DNA of 64,000 bases from Gammaproteobacteria bacterium (GTDB taxonomy: Bacteria > Pseudomonadota > Gammaproteobacteria > Ga0077536): positions 928,001 through 992,000 of the forward strand of contig CAXXLL010000002.1 in assembly GCA_963662545.2 (NCBI GenBank). The letters run 5' to 3'. Below, one piece after another: positions 61,376 through 64,000 of this stretch. The notes below the pieces were generated by a model. It did not search any database. It was not told the DNA's origin and saw only the letters and a list, made by a program, of their open reading frames with translations. The position numbers and the translations under genes were made by a program. Within the stretch, counting starts at the first letter, position 1. Every line of letters begins with the position of its first letter.

Positions 61376-62697
61376 GGTACGGACCGGGTAGATAGGTAAC
61401 ATTATAGTCAAGGTACATGGGTGACAGATCAATGGTATTAGGTTCCTCAAAGGAGGAGTCCGATGCCCTGGAGAGAAACGTCACCAATGAACGAAAAAAC
61501 GCAATTCATCGCAGACTATCTGCGCGACCTGTTGACAGTTACCGAGCTGTGCGAACATTACGGCATCAGTCGCAAGACTGGCTACAAATGGATTGATCGG
61601 TATCTAAGCGAAGGTCCGGCGGGTTTAGAGGAACGCACACGGCGGCCTAGAACTTGCCCGCATAAAACGCCGGCGCGGCTCGAGCGCCTGATCATCGATG
61701 CGCGACAACGTCATCCGACTTGGGGCGCTCGTAAATTGCGGACGTTTCTATCGCGGAAGCACCCGCGAGAGCCGTGGCCAACACGGACAACCATTCATGA
61801 CATCCTAATCCGTGAAGGATTCATCCGGACACCGCGGCGCTCACGCAAACTCGGGCATCCGGGAAAACCTGAAACCCGAATGAATGCACCCAACCAAACC
61901 TGGGGCGCCGACTTCAAAGGGCATTTCAAGACCGAAGACGGGCGGTATTGTTACCCGTTGACCGTCACCGATGGCTTTAGTCGATACCTCATCGGATGCC
62001 AGTCATTACTCACGACCGCCGTTGAACCATCGAAGGCGGTGTTCACCCGCTTATTCAAAGAATACGGACTGCCAGAACGCATCCGTACCGACAACGGCGT
62101 CCCCTTCGCGACGAACACGCTCGGTCGATTATCAACGCTGTCTGCCTGGTGGATCAGGCTTGGTATTTATCCCGAGCTCATCGAACCCGGAAAGCCTCAA
62201 CAAAATGGCCGACACGAACGGATGCACCGAACCTTAAAGGCGGAGACGACTCGACCTCCGGCCGGGGACTATCGCGCGCAACAGAAACGATTTAATCGGT
62301 TCCAGATTGAATTCAATGAAGAACGCCCTCATGAAGCGCTCGACATGTTCACACCTGCCGACTTCTACGAATTTTCTGCCAAAGAAATGCCTAGCAAAAT
62401 CCCGCCGCTCGAATATCCTGACCGTTTCATCAAGCGCTTCGTCAGTGCCAACGGTGGCATCCGATGGCATTCCACCCATGTGCCTGTCTCAATCGCGTGT
62501 GCCGGTGAGTACATAGGATTAGAGGAAATCGACTGTGGTGTTTGGAACGTCTATTTCGGAACGCTTAAGCTCGGCCGAATGATTGAAAAATACAATCGGA
62601 TCGAAGATGCTTACGGCCGACTAAAACGACATTATCGATAACAAAAGTGTTACCCATCTACCTTGGCACTTTTGTTACCTTTCTCCCGGTCCGCTCA
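61376..62697 (+). mobile_element. IS481 family element (transposase 61463-62641)
   Basis: MPWRETS, ISRKTGYKW, WGADFKG, RTDNG and QNGRHER motifs; long imperfect TIRs (CGGACCGGG..GGTAACA). Confidence 0.92.
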
Positions 62698-62926
62698 TTT
62701 GCATCCGGTTCGCATAGTCACGACCAGATGTTGGTGGGGGTAGCGGCTTACCATCCTGTTCGTAGAGTTCAATAGCTTCCTCTACGATTCGACACAATTC
62801 TTCAAAGACTTCTTTTTCGTTTGCTCCGTGACAACCGCCCAACACAAGTCCAGGGGCACTGCCGACATAACACTCGTCTTCGTCAGACCACTCAACAATT
62901 TTCGCGTAACGAGCACTTCCTTTCAT
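62675..62926 (-). CDS. hicB: HicB family antitoxin (C-terminus altered by IS481)
   Basis: VEWSDEDECYVGSAPGL..CHG..GKPLPPP. Confidence 0.8.
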   Translation of the reverse strand: MKGSARYAKIVEWSDEDECYVGSAPGLVLGGCHGANEKEVFEELCRIVEEAIELYEQDGKPLPPPTSGRDYANRMQMSGPGER

Positions 62927-63120
62927 TTCTTTATCTCCGCGAGCACCTTTTGGACTGCTCGAATCTGATATTCTTTTGCGTCGTCTCCAAGTTTGCCCGA
63001 AATCGTTATGGGATTCGATATATTCGGATGCACAAAGTTTCGATGACTTCCCTTTCCGCCTCGATTCTTAAAGCCTCCGCGCTCCAAGTCGGCAATTAGC
63101 TCTCGGATCTTGGGAGGCAT
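62923..63120 (-). CDS. hicA: HicA family toxin
   Basis: GGKGSHRNFVHP..ITISG..DAKEYQ. Confidence 0.88.
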   Translation of the reverse strand: MPPKIRELIADLERGGFKNRGGKGSHRNFVHPNISNPITISGKLGDDAKEYQIRAVQKVLAEIKK

Positions 63121-63130
63121 TCTGTGTGGC

Positions 63131-63240
63131 GCCTAACGCTAGGATAACCTGCGTGTTACAGCGCGCTTATTTGGAGCGAAAATGCGAAGCCGGTTCAAAG
63201 AAGCGCGCTGTAACACGTCCGGTTGATCCATTGGTTAGGT
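63131..63240 (-). other. attC site
   Basis: GCCTAAC...GTTAGGT, same family. Confidence 0.92.
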
Positions 63241-63699
63241 GGCTGTTTTCTCAAGGTGTTGGTCAACAAATTGCGTAAAGGCATCGCTGAATCTCCATTT
63301 CTGTGCCGACCACCACTTCCGTGCGCCAATGCCTTCGTACGTCTTTAGCGCGCTTTCACGGTAGCCCTCCCATTCTTGACGGGGAAACTTGCCGCTCGAA
63401 GCGGTATAAAACATATATTGAACGGATCGCGACCATGCCCACATGGCGATGTTGAATCTCGCGCGCTCTGCTTCGCTCAATTCCTCATCCGCGATACCCC
63501 TTTCCCACAGTAGCGGAAGATCTGGCTCCGCCATTAAAGAGCAGAGAAAATCTCTCGAAAGCTGTATAGAAAACGAGAAATTCGCGTCGTTCTGCGCGGC
63601 CGTGTTTCGCCTTAGTTCTACGACGAGATATAGGAGGGAAATAACGACGCAGATTACGCCGGCCCCTTCTACCAATACGCCGATGGCTTCCCAATTCAT
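63235..63699 (-). CDS. Hypothetical cassette protein, N-terminal TM family
   Basis: MNWEAIGVLVEGAGVICVVISLLYLVVELRRNT...GARKWW; stop lies within ACCTAAC. Confidence 0.8.
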   Translation of the reverse strand: MNWEAIGVLVEGAGVICVVISLLYLVVELRRNTAAQNDANFSFSIQLSRDFLCSLMAEPDLPLLWERGIADEELSEAERARFNIAMWAWSRSVQYMFYTASSGKFPRQEWEGYRESALKTYEGIGARKWWSAQKWRFSDAFTQFVDQHLEKTAT

Positions 63700-63714
63700 C
63701 GATTTACTCTGGCC

Positions 63715-63824
63715 ACCTAACGCCAGGATAACCTGCGTGTTACAGCGCGCTTTTTTTGGGCGAAAATGCGGAGCCGACCTAAAGAAGCGCGCTGTAGCAC
63801 GTCAGTTTGATCCGTTTGTTAGGT
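63715..63824 (-). other. attC site
   Basis: ACCTAAC...GTTAGGT, same family; the next cassette is cut by the window edge. Confidence 0.92.
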
Positions 63825-64000
63825 TGCGGGTTCATTTCGACGCCGATAACTTGTTTCTGGTTTGATTTCGTCAAGAAGGATACCAGAGCGAAACCTCCTT
63901 ACAATCGAATAAGATTTCGGCTTTTTAGGGGCACGAATTGCCTCGCGATCCGAAGACACCATAGCGGCAGTGAATTCCCCCGACTACCTTCCCGGTAGTC

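Noticed and set aside
59922-63824. Repeats of about 110 bp as a CRISPR array
   Set aside because: They are too long, separated by whole genes, and have attC architecture; no cas genes are present
63825-64000. ORF in the last partial cassette
   Set aside because: Truncated by the window edge; no frame gives a recognisable product

Overview
A 64 kb chromosomal window with roughly 60% GC, probably from an environmental gammaproteobacterium (inference from gene content). About 1-50 kb is mostly accessory catabolic and redox genes: an RND exporter, LLM monooxygenases, hydrolases, thiolase/MaoC, AOR, a CoA ligase and GSTs. It contains two UGA-interrupted redoxin genes that look like selenoproteins flanking an amidohydrolase, a radical SAM/DUF547/catalase-like trio, a TTAG-targeting MITE family, REP-like palindromes and several IS elements. 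About 50.4-64 kb is a minus-strand integron gene-cassette array with conserved attC sites of about 110 bp. No integrase lies in the window, and the array runs off the right edge. The array decays leftwards: attC sites degenerate and toxin genes are knocked out while their antitoxins survive. A MITE sits exactly in one attC crossover triplet, and a conserved TGTTGCA-core motif abuts the attC R'' box in five unrelated cassettes. All functional calls come from motif recognition by eye; no database searches were run.
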